From contig CAVSZB010000007.1 of assembly GCA_963732385.1 (NCBI GenBank), forward strand, positions 1,408,001 through 1,472,000: 64,000 nucleotides of DNA, in the 5' to 3' direction. The notes under the pieces were generated by a model, which worked only from the letters and a program-made list of their open reading frames with translations, made no database searches and had not been told where the DNA came from. Below, piece after piece: positions 27,754 through 38,400 of the stretch. Each line of letters opens with the position of its first letter. The first letter of the stretch is position 1. Made by a program: the position numbers and the translations under genes. This DNA is from an uncultured bacterium (GTDB taxonomy: Bacteria > Krumholzibacteriota > Krumholzibacteriia > LZORAL124-64-63).

Positions 27754-28458
27754 CTACCGGTACTGGGACTTCACGGAGCTCCAGGAGCTGTCCGTGGTCG
27801 GCACAACGCCGCCCAGGCAGAAGGAGGTGCTGACCGTGACGTCATCGATGGTCGCAGTGCCATACCCGGCGGACTGCCGGATCGCGAACCCGGAGATGAG
27901 AGTACCGGGGTACGTGGCCTCGCCGACCAGGCTCGGGCTGGACTCATCGACCGGGTCGATCCACATCGTCGACACGCCCGAGGTCGCATCGTACTTGATG
28001 ACGATGGTGTGGAACTCATCCTTGTTGAGCGGGGCCGACCAGATGGTGGGCGCCGTGCTGGTGGTGTTGATACCGAGCTTGTAAGTGTTGGCATCGACGA
28101 CCCCAGCGAAGACGCGGGCCGCGAAGTAGGTGCCGTTGTTCATGAAGTGGGCGAAATACGCCGAGGCCGTCTGAGTGCCGCTGATCTTCAACTGGAAGCA
28201 GGCGTAGAGCACGTCGGTGGCCGTGGCCTCTTCCTGGGTGCGGAACTGATAGTTGTCGTCGGGCGCAGCGGTCGAGGTGGCGACGGCTTCTCCGTTGAGG
28301 ACCTGAACGTCGGTCCCGGTGCCGCTGTGGGTCACCCAGCCGGGGTTGGCCGTTAGATTTCCGTCCAGGTAGTTGAAATGCTCGGTCCAGGGGAGGGCAG
28401 CTGAGGCCGAAGACGCCGCGAGGACGCCAAGCGCGAGGATAGCGATAACTTTACGCAT
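27754..28458 (-). CDS. secreted beta-rich protein with C-terminal VPTTDSSWSSVKSQYR tail
   Basis: AAGGGAG RBS, signal peptide MRKVIAILALGVLAASSASA, a Thr/Ser/Asn-rich lectin-like body, and its own promoter and terminator. Confidence 0.8.
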   Translation of the reverse strand: MRKVIAILALGVLAASSASAALPWTEHFNYLDGNLTANPGWVTHSGTGTDVQVLNGEAVATSTAAPDDNYQFRTQEEATATDVLYACFQLKISGTQTASAYFAHFMNNGTYFAARVFAGVVDANTYKLGINTTSTAPTIWSAPLNKDEFHTIVIKYDATSGVSTMWIDPVDESSPSLVGEATYPGTLISGFAIRQSAGYGTATIDDVTVSTSFCLGGVVPTTDSSWSSVKSQYR

Positions 28459-28643
28459 GTTGTGGGTCTCCCTTTGGTTAGTGCGTGAACCATGGTGTTG
28501 TGCGGGTCCGGAGTTTTGCTCCAATCCGCTTGAAGGAGAACGGTGACCACGGCTTCCCGCGGTGGATTCGTGTCCGCGACGGAGTATACACAGCCTCTCG
28601 GCTGCCGCCAGTTCTGATACTCCTGCACGCTAGGACCATTCTG

Positions 28644-28673
28644 ATCATAGTTGAAATCGTGCGCGGGATTCAA
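28644..28673 (-). promoter_or_regulatory. sigma70-type promoter for 27754..28458
   Basis: Minus strand reads TTGAAT-N18-TATGAT within an AT-richer intergenic region. Confidence 0.6.
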
Positions 28674-28896
28674 GCAAAAAGAATCGGCAGGCGCGCTGAT
28701 GACGGTAAAATGCCTCAATAACCGTCATATTTCTCCGATATCACCGCCTGGTCCAACCGCCTCGCCCCCCGCAAGCCGGTCGGGGGCTTCCGCAAAACCC
28801 GATCTGGCCTGCAGATGGACGATGTCCGCCGGACGGTCGGGGCGGCTTTTTCAAGCCGCCCTGCCGTCAGCTGTCCACCAGGTCGTCGCCCACGGC

Positions 28897-29472
28897 TCAG
28901 GCCGGCGCCACCTCGCAGGTGACTTTTTCGATGCGCAGGGGCTCCTGCGGGGTGCCCCGCTCCGAGCCGGCCGCTTCGAGCGCCTGCAGCGTCTCGAGCC
29001 CCCCCTCGACCGCGCCGAAGATCGTGTGTTTGTCGTCGAGCCAGGCGGTCGGCACGAAGGTCAGGAAGAACTGGCTGCCGTCGGTGCCGGGGCCGGCGTT
29101 GGCCTGGGACAGCAGACCGGCGCGGTCGTGGCGCAGCTGCGGGGTGAACTCGCCGTCGAAGCGGTAGCCGGGGCCGCCGGTGCCGGTGCCGAGCGGGCAG
29201 CCGCCCTGCGCCATGAAACCCTTGATGACGCGGTGGAACGCCAGACCGTCGAAGAAGCCGAGCCGCGCCAGGTAGAGGAAGCTCGTGGCGTGCATCGGCG
29301 ACTCGGTCGTGAACAGGCGGATGCGCAGCGGACCCTTGTTGGTCGTCATGTCGGCGTAGTACGCCTTGTCGGCCGCGAAGGCGACCGCCTGCGGTTTGGG
29401 CAGCTTCGTCCGCCAGTCGCCGCGCGTGGTGTCCACCTTGGCCGTGGCGACCAGAGCGTCGATCTCCTGCAT
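28897..29472 (-). CDS. cyclophilin-type peptidyl-prolyl isomerase
   Basis: FFDGLAFHRVIKGFMAQGGCPLGTGTGGPGY, ANAGPGTDGSQFF, WLDDKHTIFG. Confidence 0.95.
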   Translation of the reverse strand: MQEIDALVATAKVDTTRGDWRTKLPKPQAVAFAADKAYYADMTTNKGPLRIRLFTTESPMHATSFLYLARLGFFDGLAFHRVIKGFMAQGGCPLGTGTGGPGYRFDGEFTPQLRHDRAGLLSQANAGPGTDGSQFFLTFVPTAWLDDKHTIFGAVEGGLETLQALEAAGSERGTPQEPLRIEKVTCEVAPA

Positions 29473-29490
29473 GATCCCTCTCCTTCCGGG

Positions 29491-30882
29491 CTACTGCCCC
29501 GGGTGTTTTTCGAGCCAGCGGTTGTACAGCCACATGCTCAGCGCCGACAGGAAGCCGATCGTCATCAGGATCAGCCAGCCGGCCGTGGCCGCCGCGGGGC
29601 GCAGCTCGAGCAGGCCGTTGGGCAGTTCGACGGCGCCGCGGGCCATGACGTCGTTGAAGATGACCGCGCCGACCGGTCCGCCCACGAGCGAGCCGATCGC
29701 CATCGGCAGATTCGCGTAGCCGAGGAACAGCCCCTCCTGCCCCTTCGGCGCGAGCGCGCCGATCCATTCGTAGGTGCGGGGCGAGGTGAACAGTTCGCCG
29801 AAGGCGATCAGCGACACGGTCAGGATGATGAACAGCGAGCCGATCGGCAGCCAGTTCATGGTCAGCGCCCGCACGCCGCCCGCGGCCCAGATCGGCACGA
29901 TGTTGAGCACCATCGACAGGCCGATGATGACCGTGCCGACGACGATCGAGCGGATCGGCCGCATCTTCCCGAACAGTTTCGTGATCAGCAGCTGGAAGGC
30001 GACGATGGTGATGGGATTGGCCGCGGTGTACAGGTCCATCGCCGGATCGGTCTCGACCACCCGCTTCACGTACAGCGGCAGCACGTTGTAGACCTGGTTG
30101 TACAGGAACCAGAAGCCGGACGACACGAGCAGAAAGAGCGCGAACCGGCCGTTGCGCAGCACCAGAACCATGTTCAGCAGGACCTGCCCGGGCGTCTTGC
30201 GCGGCTGCGCCTTCGCCTCCGCCGACCGCTCCTGGTCACGATAGAAGAACAGCACGACGAAGAAGGCCACGACCGCCGCGCCGGTGGCCACGGCGAAGAT
30301 GAAACTCAGGTTGTCGTAGACGTGCCGCACGTAGTAGGCGACCACGCGTCCGACCAGCGAGCCGATGTTGATCACCATGTAGAAGATCGCGAAGGCGAGC
30401 GTGGCCCGACCGGCGTGCGTCTTCTGGACCGTGCCGCTGATGCACGGCTTGATGATCGAGCCGCCGACGCCGATCAGCACGATGGCCAGCAGGATCGGCA
30501 GCAGGACCCCCTGCCCCGCGGTCATCTCCCTGCCGACCCCGGGCGCAAGCGTCTGCCCGCCGAACCAGACGGGGTAGCCCATCATGAAATAGCCCGCCGC
30601 CAGCAGCACGAACGCCAGCAGCAGAGACTTCCGGAAGCCGACCTGGTCGGCGATCGTCCCCGAGAGGATCGGCAGGAAGTAGACCAGGAACCAGAGCGTG
30701 CCGTTCAGGTTGCTGGGCCAGTAGGAGCCCAGCCCGAGCCGCCCGAGGTAGATGACGACGAAGCTCGCCATGGAGTAGTAGGCGGCCCGTTCGAACAGCT
30801 CGGTGACGTTGGCCATCCAGAACACACGGGGAAATTTCTGCGGGACGGGGGTGGCGGCGGACTCGCCGGGAGTCGTCGTCAT
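29491..30882 (-). CDS. MFS transporter, POT/PTR peptide-transporter-like
   Basis: ELFERAAYY (ExxER motif), IKPCISGTV, FAIFYMVINIGS, GELFTSP. Confidence 0.85.
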   Translation of the reverse strand: MTTTPGESAATPVPQKFPRVFWMANVTELFERAAYYSMASFVVIYLGRLGLGSYWPSNLNGTLWFLVYFLPILSGTIADQVGFRKSLLLAFVLLAAGYFMMGYPVWFGGQTLAPGVGREMTAGQGVLLPILLAIVLIGVGGSIIKPCISGTVQKTHAGRATLAFAIFYMVINIGSLVGRVVAYYVRHVYDNLSFIFAVATGAAVVAFFVVLFFYRDQERSAEAKAQPRKTPGQVLLNMVLVLRNGRFALFLLVSSGFWFLYNQVYNVLPLYVKRVVETDPAMDLYTAANPITIVAFQLLITKLFGKMRPIRSIVVGTVIIGLSMVLNIVPIWAAGGVRALTMNWLPIGSLFIILTVSLIAFGELFTSPRTYEWIGALAPKGQEGLFLGYANLPMAIGSLVGGPVGAVIFNDVMARGAVELPNGLLELRPAAATAGWLILMTIGFLSALSMWLYNRWLEKHPGQ

Positions 30883-31115
30883 ACGGCGTCCTTTCAGCCG
30901 GGGACAAGGCGCCACCTGCCCGCCGAGGGGCGCGGGCAGCGGGGAATCTGAGCATTCTACACGGCGCAGCGGCCGCCGGGCAAGCGGTCGCAGCGCGCGC
31001 CAATAATCGGCACGGGATATGCGGATTGAAAGAAAGATTCCCTCCCGTTGCGATGCGGCCACCACGTTGGTCCGCTGCAGGTGTCATCATTCCGTTGCCG
31101 ACAAGGAGTCCTGTC

Positions 31116-33575
31116 ATGCGCATCCCGTCCTCCCGTGCCGTCCGGGGGCTCTTCGTGGTGCTCCTCGCGTGCGCGTCCGCCTGCCTGGTGGCGCCTGCGG
31201 CCGTTGCCCAGGACTGTTCCGATTTCGAGAACCTCATTCACTACGTCGGCTCGCTGCCGCCGGTCGGCAGGACGCTGGGCGTGACCGCGTCCGACGACGA
31301 CCTCTTCATCATGCTCGACGGCGCGGCAGGGGCGCGCATCTTCCGGATGGTGCCCCAGCAGGGACCCGAACAGACGGCGACCATCGCCGCCCTCGATTCG
31401 CTGCGACACGCGGTCTTCCTGGGCACGGACCTCTACGTGGCCGACGGCTCGCGCATCATCGTCTACGACCTGAGCGACCCCACCGCGCCGGCGCAGCTCG
31501 GCGCCCTCGATTTCCGCGGCAACGAGATCCGCAAGCTGGCGATCTGGGACAACCTGCTGGTCGCGGCGCGCGGCGTCGACGGCCTCTCCCTCCTCGACTG
31601 CAGCGATCCGTCGGCCCTGGACTATCTCGTGACGCTGCCGATGCCCGGCGCGGGCGCGCTCGACGTCGCGGTGCGTGACAACATCGTGGCGGTGGCGACC
31701 GGCGACACGCTGTTCACCTTCGACTGCAGCGACCCTGCGTCGCCGCTGTCTGGCGCCAGCCTGGCTCTGCCGGGGCAGGCGAGCCTTGTGACCTGGGACG
31801 GCGACTGGGCCGCGACCGCCGGCACGGCGTCCGGCGTGCCGATCGTCGACATGTCGGATCCCCTGGCGCCGAATCCGCTCGTCACCCTGGCCTACCCGTC
31901 GCCGCGCGCCCTGTTCGCCTCCGGCGACCTGCTGTACGCGAGCGCGGACTACTTCACCGTGACCGACCTGGGCGATCCCTCCTCGCCGGAGCGGCTGGGC
32001 ACGACCCACCTGCCGAGCCGGCAGTACACGTTCCCCGACCGCGGGGGGCTGGAGATGGCGCTGCTGGGCGCCACGCTGCTCGTGGCGGACGGCCCGGCCG
32101 GCGGCCACGGCTTCGAGCCGGGCGACGCGCCGCCGGCCTCGCTGCTGTCCGCCTGCGGACCGGTGCTGGAGATCGTGGACTTCGCGTTCTGCGGCGACCT
32201 GGCCGTCGTCGCCCCGAGCGCTTTCGGACCGGTCAGGCTGTTCGACATTTCCGACCCGACGACGCCCGTGGGCCGGGGGTCGATCCCGCCGGTCGGCTGG
32301 TTCGTCGCCGCGCGCGATCCGTACGTGTACCTCGTGTCGAGCAGCGCGGTCACCGTCTACGACGTGACCGACCCCGACGTGCCGGTGCTGACCGGGAGCT
32401 GTGACCTGGGCCTGGCTCCCCCGGCCAGTTGCACGCTGTCCGGCAACTACCTGTACATCGCCGCGGCCGAACTGGGCGTGATCCCGGTCGATGTGAGCGA
32501 TCCGGCGCATCCCGTCGCGCTGCCGGCGTTCTTCCTCGCGCAGGGCGCCGAGCATCTGGCGTTCATCGCCCAGACCGCCTTCGTGATCGCCGGGACCTCG
32601 CTCTCGTCCGTCGACTTCCATGACCCGGCCAACCCGGTCGTGCTCGACACCGTGGCCTGCCCCGACGTGACGCGCGGCGTGACCGCCTTCAACGGGCTCG
32701 TGTACGTGGCCGCCGGCGCGGCCGGGGTGACGGTCTTCGACGCGGGCGATCCGGCGGACCTGAGCCTCCGCATGACCCTGCCGGTCGCCACGTCCGCCAC
32801 CGGCATCGCCTCGGCGGGCGGCTGGCTCTATATCCTCGATGAGCAGGCCGGTCTGCTGGTGGCGGACGGGCGCTGGAACGACAACTTCGGCATCCGGGGC
32901 CAGGTCTTCGACACCGCCGCCAACGCCTTGTGCGTGCGCACCGGTTCCGACCTCGTCGGCGTGCTGTCGCTGACTCATCTGCAGTTGGCCGCGCCGGGCT
33001 GCGACGGGATCACGCCGACCTTCCTGGCCGCGTTCACGGCGGTGGCCAACCCCGCCGGGACGACGCTGAACTGGCGGGCGAGCCTCGGCGCGGGCGGCGA
33101 GTTCCGCCTGTCGGCGCGGCTCGGCGCGCGCAGCTGGGACGTGCCGTGGCAGTCGCTGGGCGGCGAGGAGTTCGGCGCGACCGACGTCTCGCCGGAACTC
33201 GCGGCGGGCGGAACCGCCGTCTACACGCTCTGGTACCGCGAGCCGGGCGACATCGCCTGGCAGGTGCTGGCCGTCAACTCGGTCGCGCTGCCGGCGCCGC
33301 GCACGGTCCTGCTGGCGCCATACCCGAACCCCTTCAACCCCCGCACGACAGTCGTCTTCACGCTCGCGCGCGCCGGCGCCGCGCGAGTGACTGTGCACGA
33401 CGCCGCCGGTCGCCGCGTGGCGACCCTCGTGGACGGCGCCTGCGCGGCCGGCCGCACCGAGCTGGTCTGGAACGGGCGCGACGTCCGCGGACAGCAGGTC
33501 GCGTCGGGGACCTACTTCGTGCGCCTCGAGACGGACGACGTGCACTCCGCGCAGCGGCTGACGCTCGTGCGCTGA
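31116..33575 (+). CDS. secreted LVIVD-repeat beta-propeller protein with C-terminal FlgD-Ig (PNPFNP) domain
   Basis: AAGGAG RBS, signal peptide, many [IV][YFV]D[LVI]SDPxxP repeats, then PTFLAAFTA and PYPNPFNP...WNGRD...SGTYFVRL. Confidence 0.85.
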   Translation: MRIPSSRAVRGLFVVLLACASACLVAPAAVAQDCSDFENLIHYVGSLPPVGRTLGVTASDDDLFIMLDGAAGARIFRMVPQQGPEQTATIAALDSLRHAVFLGTDLYVADGSRIIVYDLSDPTAPAQLGALDFRGNEIRKLAIWDNLLVAARGVDGLSLLDCSDPSALDYLVTLPMPGAGALDVAVRDNIVAVATGDTLFTFDCSDPASPLSGASLALPGQASLVTWDGDWAATAGTASGVPIVDMSDPLAPNPLVTLAYPSPRALFASGDLLYASADYFTVTDLGDPSSPERLGTTHLPSRQYTFPDRGGLEMALLGATLLVADGPAGGHGFEPGDAPPASLLSACGPVLEIVDFAFCGDLAVVAPSAFGPVRLFDISDPTTPVGRGSIPPVGWFVAARDPYVYLVSSSAVTVYDVTDPDVPVLTGSCDLGLAPPASCTLSGNYLYIAAAELGVIPVDVSDPAHPVALPAFFLAQGAEHLAFIAQTAFVIAGTSLSSVDFHDPANPVVLDTVACPDVTRGVTAFNGLVYVAAGAAGVTVFDAGDPADLSLRMTLPVATSATGIASAGGWLYILDEQAGLLVADGRWNDNFGIRGQVFDTAANALCVRTGSDLVGVLSLTHLQLAAPGCDGITPTFLAAFTAVANPAGTTLNWRASLGAGGEFRLSARLGARSWDVPWQSLGGEEFGATDVSPELAAGGTAVYTLWYREPGDIAWQVLAVNSVALPAPRTVLLAPYPNPFNPRTTVVFTLARAGAARVTVHDAAGRRVATLVDGACAAGRTELVWNGRDVRGQQVASGTYFVRLETDDVHSAQRLTLVR

Positions 33576-33596
33576 GCCCGCCCGTACCGTTCACGG

Positions 33597-33632
33597 AAGA
33601 GGCCGGCGGGCTCCTGCCCGCCGGCCTCTTTT
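33597..33632 (+). terminator. intrinsic terminator between convergent genes
   Basis: AAGAGGCCGGCGGG-N6-CCCGCCGGCCTCTT followed by TT. Confidence 0.8.
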
Positions 33633-33675
33633 CACGACATTCCCTGACCCGGGGCGCCGTCGCGTCGGCGTCCGG

Positions 33676-33807
33676 TCAGTGTTCCTCGGCCTCTTCGTCG
33701 ATGCGCTGGAAATCGTCCGCTGTCGCGCCGCAGATCGGGCACTCCTCGGGCGGCTGCTTGCCAGTGTGGACGTAGCCGCAGATCTCGCATTCCCAACGCT
33801 TGGACAT
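33676..33807 (-). CDS. 43-aa rubredoxin-like protein
   Basis: Not in the ORF track. Translates as MSKRWECEICGYVHTGKQPPEECPICGATADDFQRIDEEAEEH, with CxxCGY and CPxCG knuckles and a GGGGAGAAGG RBS. Confidence 0.85.
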   Translation of the reverse strand: MSKRWECEICGYVHTGKQPPEECPICGATADDFQRIDEEAEEH

Positions 33808-33890
33808 GGCCTTCTCCCCTCGTAGAGGACTGACGGGCCGCGCCCGTCACCCATGCACACCATGAGCGTAAGCAATCGCGCGCGCCAGCG

Positions 33891-35288
33891 CTAGCCCAAC
33901 ATCACCTTCTCGATGCTGACACCGTCCCGGCGACGCGAATCGGCGATCTTCACCAGCAGGGCGAAGATGAACCCGACGGCCGCCACCCCGGCAAACATGA
34001 GCATCATGCCCGTGTAATCGACCTGCAGGACCTCTTTGCCATCGACCAGCGTGCGGGTGGTCCCGGCGTCGGCCAGCCGGCCGGCCACGATCGGGAAGAG
34101 CCAGAGACCGAAGTTCTGCACCCAGCCGACCACGCCGAAGGCCGTGCCCAGGTTGCGCTGCGGCACGAGCATCGGGATGGCCGCCCAGAGCGCCGCGGGC
34201 ACCAGCGAGAGCGCCACGCCGATGCAGAAGATCGGCAACACCGGCCAGACACGCGTCAGGCCGAGCGCGAGATGGCACGGAATCAGCAGCAGCGCGCCGA
34301 CGATCATCATCGTGGCGCGTCTGCCCTTCCGGTCCACCCACCAGCCGAGGATCGGCGTGAAGATCATCGTGCCCAGGATCAGGGCCGAGGTGAAGCTGCC
34401 GGCCGTGGTAGGGCTGTAGCCGAAGCGGCGTTCGAGCAGGGCCGGCGCGAACGACATGAACGGAAAGACGGCGGAGTAGAAGGTCACGCACAGCAGAGCG
34501 ATATACCAGAAGGCGGAGTTGAAGCTGAACGCCTCGCGGAAGACGAAGCGGTCCTCCGGGGCGCTGATGGTGTCCATCTCGGCGGGAGCGCCCACCCGCC
34601 CGCGCGAGGCACGCTCGAGCGCGAGGTAGCCGAAGAACGTGAGGAAGCCGACCCCCATGATCGTGGCGGCCAGGCCAAGCGCCCCCTGCAGACTCATCCA
34701 GCCGACGGCCCGCGCCTGGAGATTCAGCGCGAGGAACGTGCCCAGGCGCATGATCGTCAGGTTCACGCCATAGGCGAACGCCAGTTCCTTGCCCTTGAAC
34801 CAGCGTGCGAGCACCTTGTTGTTCACGAGCAGGATCGCCTCGGCGCCGATGCCGTAGATCGTCCGTCCGAGCAGCATTATCTTCAGCTCGGGGCTCCACT
34901 CCGGCTTGATGAAGCCGTGCAGCCAGTCGTAGCCGGGGCCGAGCAGGCCGGGCAGCCCCTTCCACGCCCCCAGCGCCGTCAGGAAGGCGCCGAGGAAGCA
35001 GAAGAACCCGTAGAGGATGCCCGAGGTCCGCATGCCGAGCTTGTCCACGAGAACGCCCGCCAGCAGCACCATGCCCAGGAAAACATTGGCGAACGCGTAG
35101 GCCGAGAAGAGCAGGCCGTAGTTTTCGCTGCTCAACCCCAGCTCCTGCTGCAGCGTGGTGCCAAGCGGCGTGATGGAATCGTAGATGTAATACTGCGCGA
35201 AGCAGATCAGGCTCATCGCCGCCAGCACGAGCCAGCGGTAATGGCCCGGAAGCGGACGTTTGGCGGATGCCGGCACGTACTGTGTCAT
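33891..35288 (-). CDS. MFS transporter (MFSD1-like)
   Basis: About 12 TM segments, YYIYDSITPL, GVLVDKLGMR, WFKGKELAFAYG; AAGGAGG RBS. Confidence 0.85.
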   Translation of the reverse strand: MTQYVPASAKRPLPGHYRWLVLAAMSLICFAQYYIYDSITPLGTTLQQELGLSSENYGLLFSAYAFANVFLGMVLLAGVLVDKLGMRTSGILYGFFCFLGAFLTALGAWKGLPGLLGPGYDWLHGFIKPEWSPELKIMLLGRTIYGIGAEAILLVNNKVLARWFKGKELAFAYGVNLTIMRLGTFLALNLQARAVGWMSLQGALGLAATIMGVGFLTFFGYLALERASRGRVGAPAEMDTISAPEDRFVFREAFSFNSAFWYIALLCVTFYSAVFPFMSFAPALLERRFGYSPTTAGSFTSALILGTMIFTPILGWWVDRKGRRATMMIVGALLLIPCHLALGLTRVWPVLPIFCIGVALSLVPAALWAAIPMLVPQRNLGTAFGVVGWVQNFGLWLFPIVAGRLADAGTTRTLVDGKEVLQVDYTGMMLMFAGVAAVGFIFALLVKIADSRRRDGVSIEKVMLG

Positions 35289-35447
35289 GGCGCCTCCTTG
35301 AAAGGGGCCGCAGTCTACCATTGGCCCGCCCGGCGCCGCAAGCACGCGTGACGGCGGGAGATTCGTTTACTTGCCGCGACCGCTGGCGGTAGAATCGCCG
35401 CCCATCCTCGCCGCGCTCCGTCACCCGATTCCGAGGGGGTCCCCCGG

Positions 35448-38400
35448 ATGGAACGCCAACTTCGATTCCGCTATCTCACCGCACTGCTGACATTCGTGCT
35501 TTTACTCCCGCTGTTAGGCGCGGCGCGCCCGGCCAGCGCGTCCGAGCAACCGCGGGCTTTCGCCCCGGTGCAGGGAGGCTTCGACCCCGTCGGCGAAACC
35601 GTTTCGCCGTACGCGCCGGGCCGCCTGCTGGTCAAGTTCACGCCTGTCGCCCTGCGCGCCTCTACGCTGAACGTCGCGGCGCAGAAGGGGGCTGCCCAGG
35701 CAGGCGTCATGACCGGGATCGCCGCGGTTGACGTCCTCGGCCGCGATGCCGGTCTCAAGCGCATTTCGCGCCCCTACGATCCGGCCGCCAACACCGCGCT
35801 CGCCGCCCGCATCGGCCTCGACCGCTGGTACCTGCTGGAGGTGTCCGGCACGGTCGACATCCCGGCGCTCGCCGCCCGCTACGCGGCCGATCCCGCCGTG
35901 GAGGCGGCCAGTCCCGACTGGCGCGCGTTCCCGGCGGCCATCCCCGCCGACCCGCTCTACGCTATGCACTGGGGGCATAACAACACCGCCCAGCTCCTCT
36001 CCTACAACTGGACCACAAACACGCATGAGGCCGGCACCCCGGTCGGCACCATCGGCTTCGACGCCAACGCCCAGGCGGCCTGGGACGGCACGCAGGCCTA
36101 CGGCGATCCGGCCGTGGTCGTGGCGATCATCGACTCCGGCGTGGACATCGACCACCCCGACCTGCGGATCGTCACCGGCTACGATTTCGGAGACAACGAC
36201 ACCAATCCCGACGACAACAGCGCCGCGCCGGGCCACGGCACCTGCTGCGCGGGCGTCGTCGCCTCGAAGGTCAACAACGGCCTGGGCGCGGCCGGCATCG
36301 CCGCCGCCTGCGGCATCATGCCGCTGAAGGTGGCCAACAGCGCCGGCTCGATGTACTTCACCGCCATCCAGAACGCGCTGCGCTACGCGGCCGACAACGG
36401 CGCGGAAGTGATCAGCATGAGTCTGGGCGCCGCCATCAGCAGCGATGCCGCCACGGACGACGCTATCCTCTACGCCCACAACGCCGGCGTGGTCATCCTC
36501 GCGGCGACCGGCAACGAGAACGCCAGCACCATCAGCTATCCCGCGATCAACGCCAACGTCATCGGCGTGGGCGCCGCCTCGCCCTGCGGCGAACGCAAGC
36601 GCAGCAGCAGCCTCTCGACGGAGGTCAACTCCGGTGTCTACACCGATCCCAACGGCTACACCTGCGACGGCGAGCGCTGGTGGGGGTCCAACTACGGCTC
36701 CACCACGAAGGACGCGGCGGGCGCGGTCGATGTCATCGCCCCGACCATCCTGCCGACCACCGACATCGCCGGCAGCGGCGGCTACGTGTCGGGCGATTAC
36801 GAGCTGTGGTTCAACGGCACGTCGTGCGCCACGCCGTACGCGGCCGGCGTCTGCGCGCTGATCAAATCGAAGAATCCGACCTGGACCCCGGCGCAGATCC
36901 GCGCCCAGCTGGTCGGCACGGCCCAGGACGTGGTGAGCGTGGAATCTGTCTCCGGCTGGGACCGCTACGCCGGGTACGGCATGGTCGATGCCGCCGCGGC
37001 CGTCGGCGCCGGCGTCACGCCCACCAACTCGGTGACCGTGGTCGCCCCCAACGGCGGAGAAGTGCTGGCCGCCGGCGCGAGCACGAACATCACCTGGACG
37101 ACCACCGGCACGATCGCCAACGTGAAGATCGACTACTCGGCCGACGGCGGCAGCACCTGGAGCGCCGTCATCGCCTCCACGGCGAACGACGGCACCCACC
37201 CCTGGACCGTCCCCGCCACGGCGACCACTCAGGGCCGGATCCGCGTCGCCGACGCGGCGGTCTCGACAACCTACGACATCAGCAACGCCAACTTCACCAT
37301 CCAGGCCGCCGCGACCTACGCCACCCTGCCGTACAGCACCGGCTTCGAAACCGGCGCGCTCGACCAGTACTGGACGAAGAAGTCGTCCGGAACCACCGGC
37401 CGAATCCTGATCACCACGGCCAACGCGCCGCACGCCGGCAGCTACCACATGACGATGGACGTCTCCACCAGCGGCACCTACGTCCAGAACGAAGCGTGGC
37501 TGAATCTGAACCTGACCGGCCAGTCCCAGGTGGCCCTGACCTTCTGGTGGAAGGACTTCGGCGACGAGACCCACACCCAGGACGGCGTCTACTTCTCCAG
37601 CAACGGCGGCACATCGTTCGTCAAGGTGCTCAACCTCGACGGCGGCAGCACCACCAACAACGTCTGGTACCAGAAGAGCCTCGACCTCGACGCCCTCGCC
37701 GCCGCGGCCGGCCTGTCGCTGACCAGCACGTTCGTGGTCAAATTCCAGCAGTACGACAACTACCCGATCACCAGCGACGGCATGGCGTTCGACGACATCT
37801 CCGTCACCGCGGTCACGCCCAACACGCTCACGGTGACCGCTCCCAACGGCGGCGAGTCTCTGGCCGCCGGCACGAGCACGAACATCACCTGGACGTCGAC
37901 CGGAACGGTCGCCAACGTCAAGCTGGACTGCTCCATCGATGCCGGATCGACCTGGACCACGATCATCGCCTCCACGCCGAACGACGGCACGCAGGCGTGG
38001 ACGGTTCCGTCCACCGCCACGACGCAGGGACGCGTCCGCGTCTCGGACGCCGCCGACGCCACGACCCTGGACACGAGCAATGCCAACTTCACCATCACGG
38101 TGCCGGCCGGAACGTACGCCACCCTGCCGTACAGCACCGGCTTCGAGACCGGCGCGCTCGACCAGTACTGGACGAAGAAGTCGTCCGGGACCACCGGCCG
38201 CATCCTGATCACCACGGCCAACGCGCCGCACGCCGGCAGCTACCACATGACGATGGACGTCTCCACCAGCGGCACCTACGTCCAGAACGAGGCGTGGCTG
38301 AAGTTGGACCTGACCGGCCAGTCGCAGGTGGCCCTGACCTTCTGGTGGAAGGACTTCGGCGACGAAACCCACACCCAGGACGGCGTCTACTTCTCCAGCA

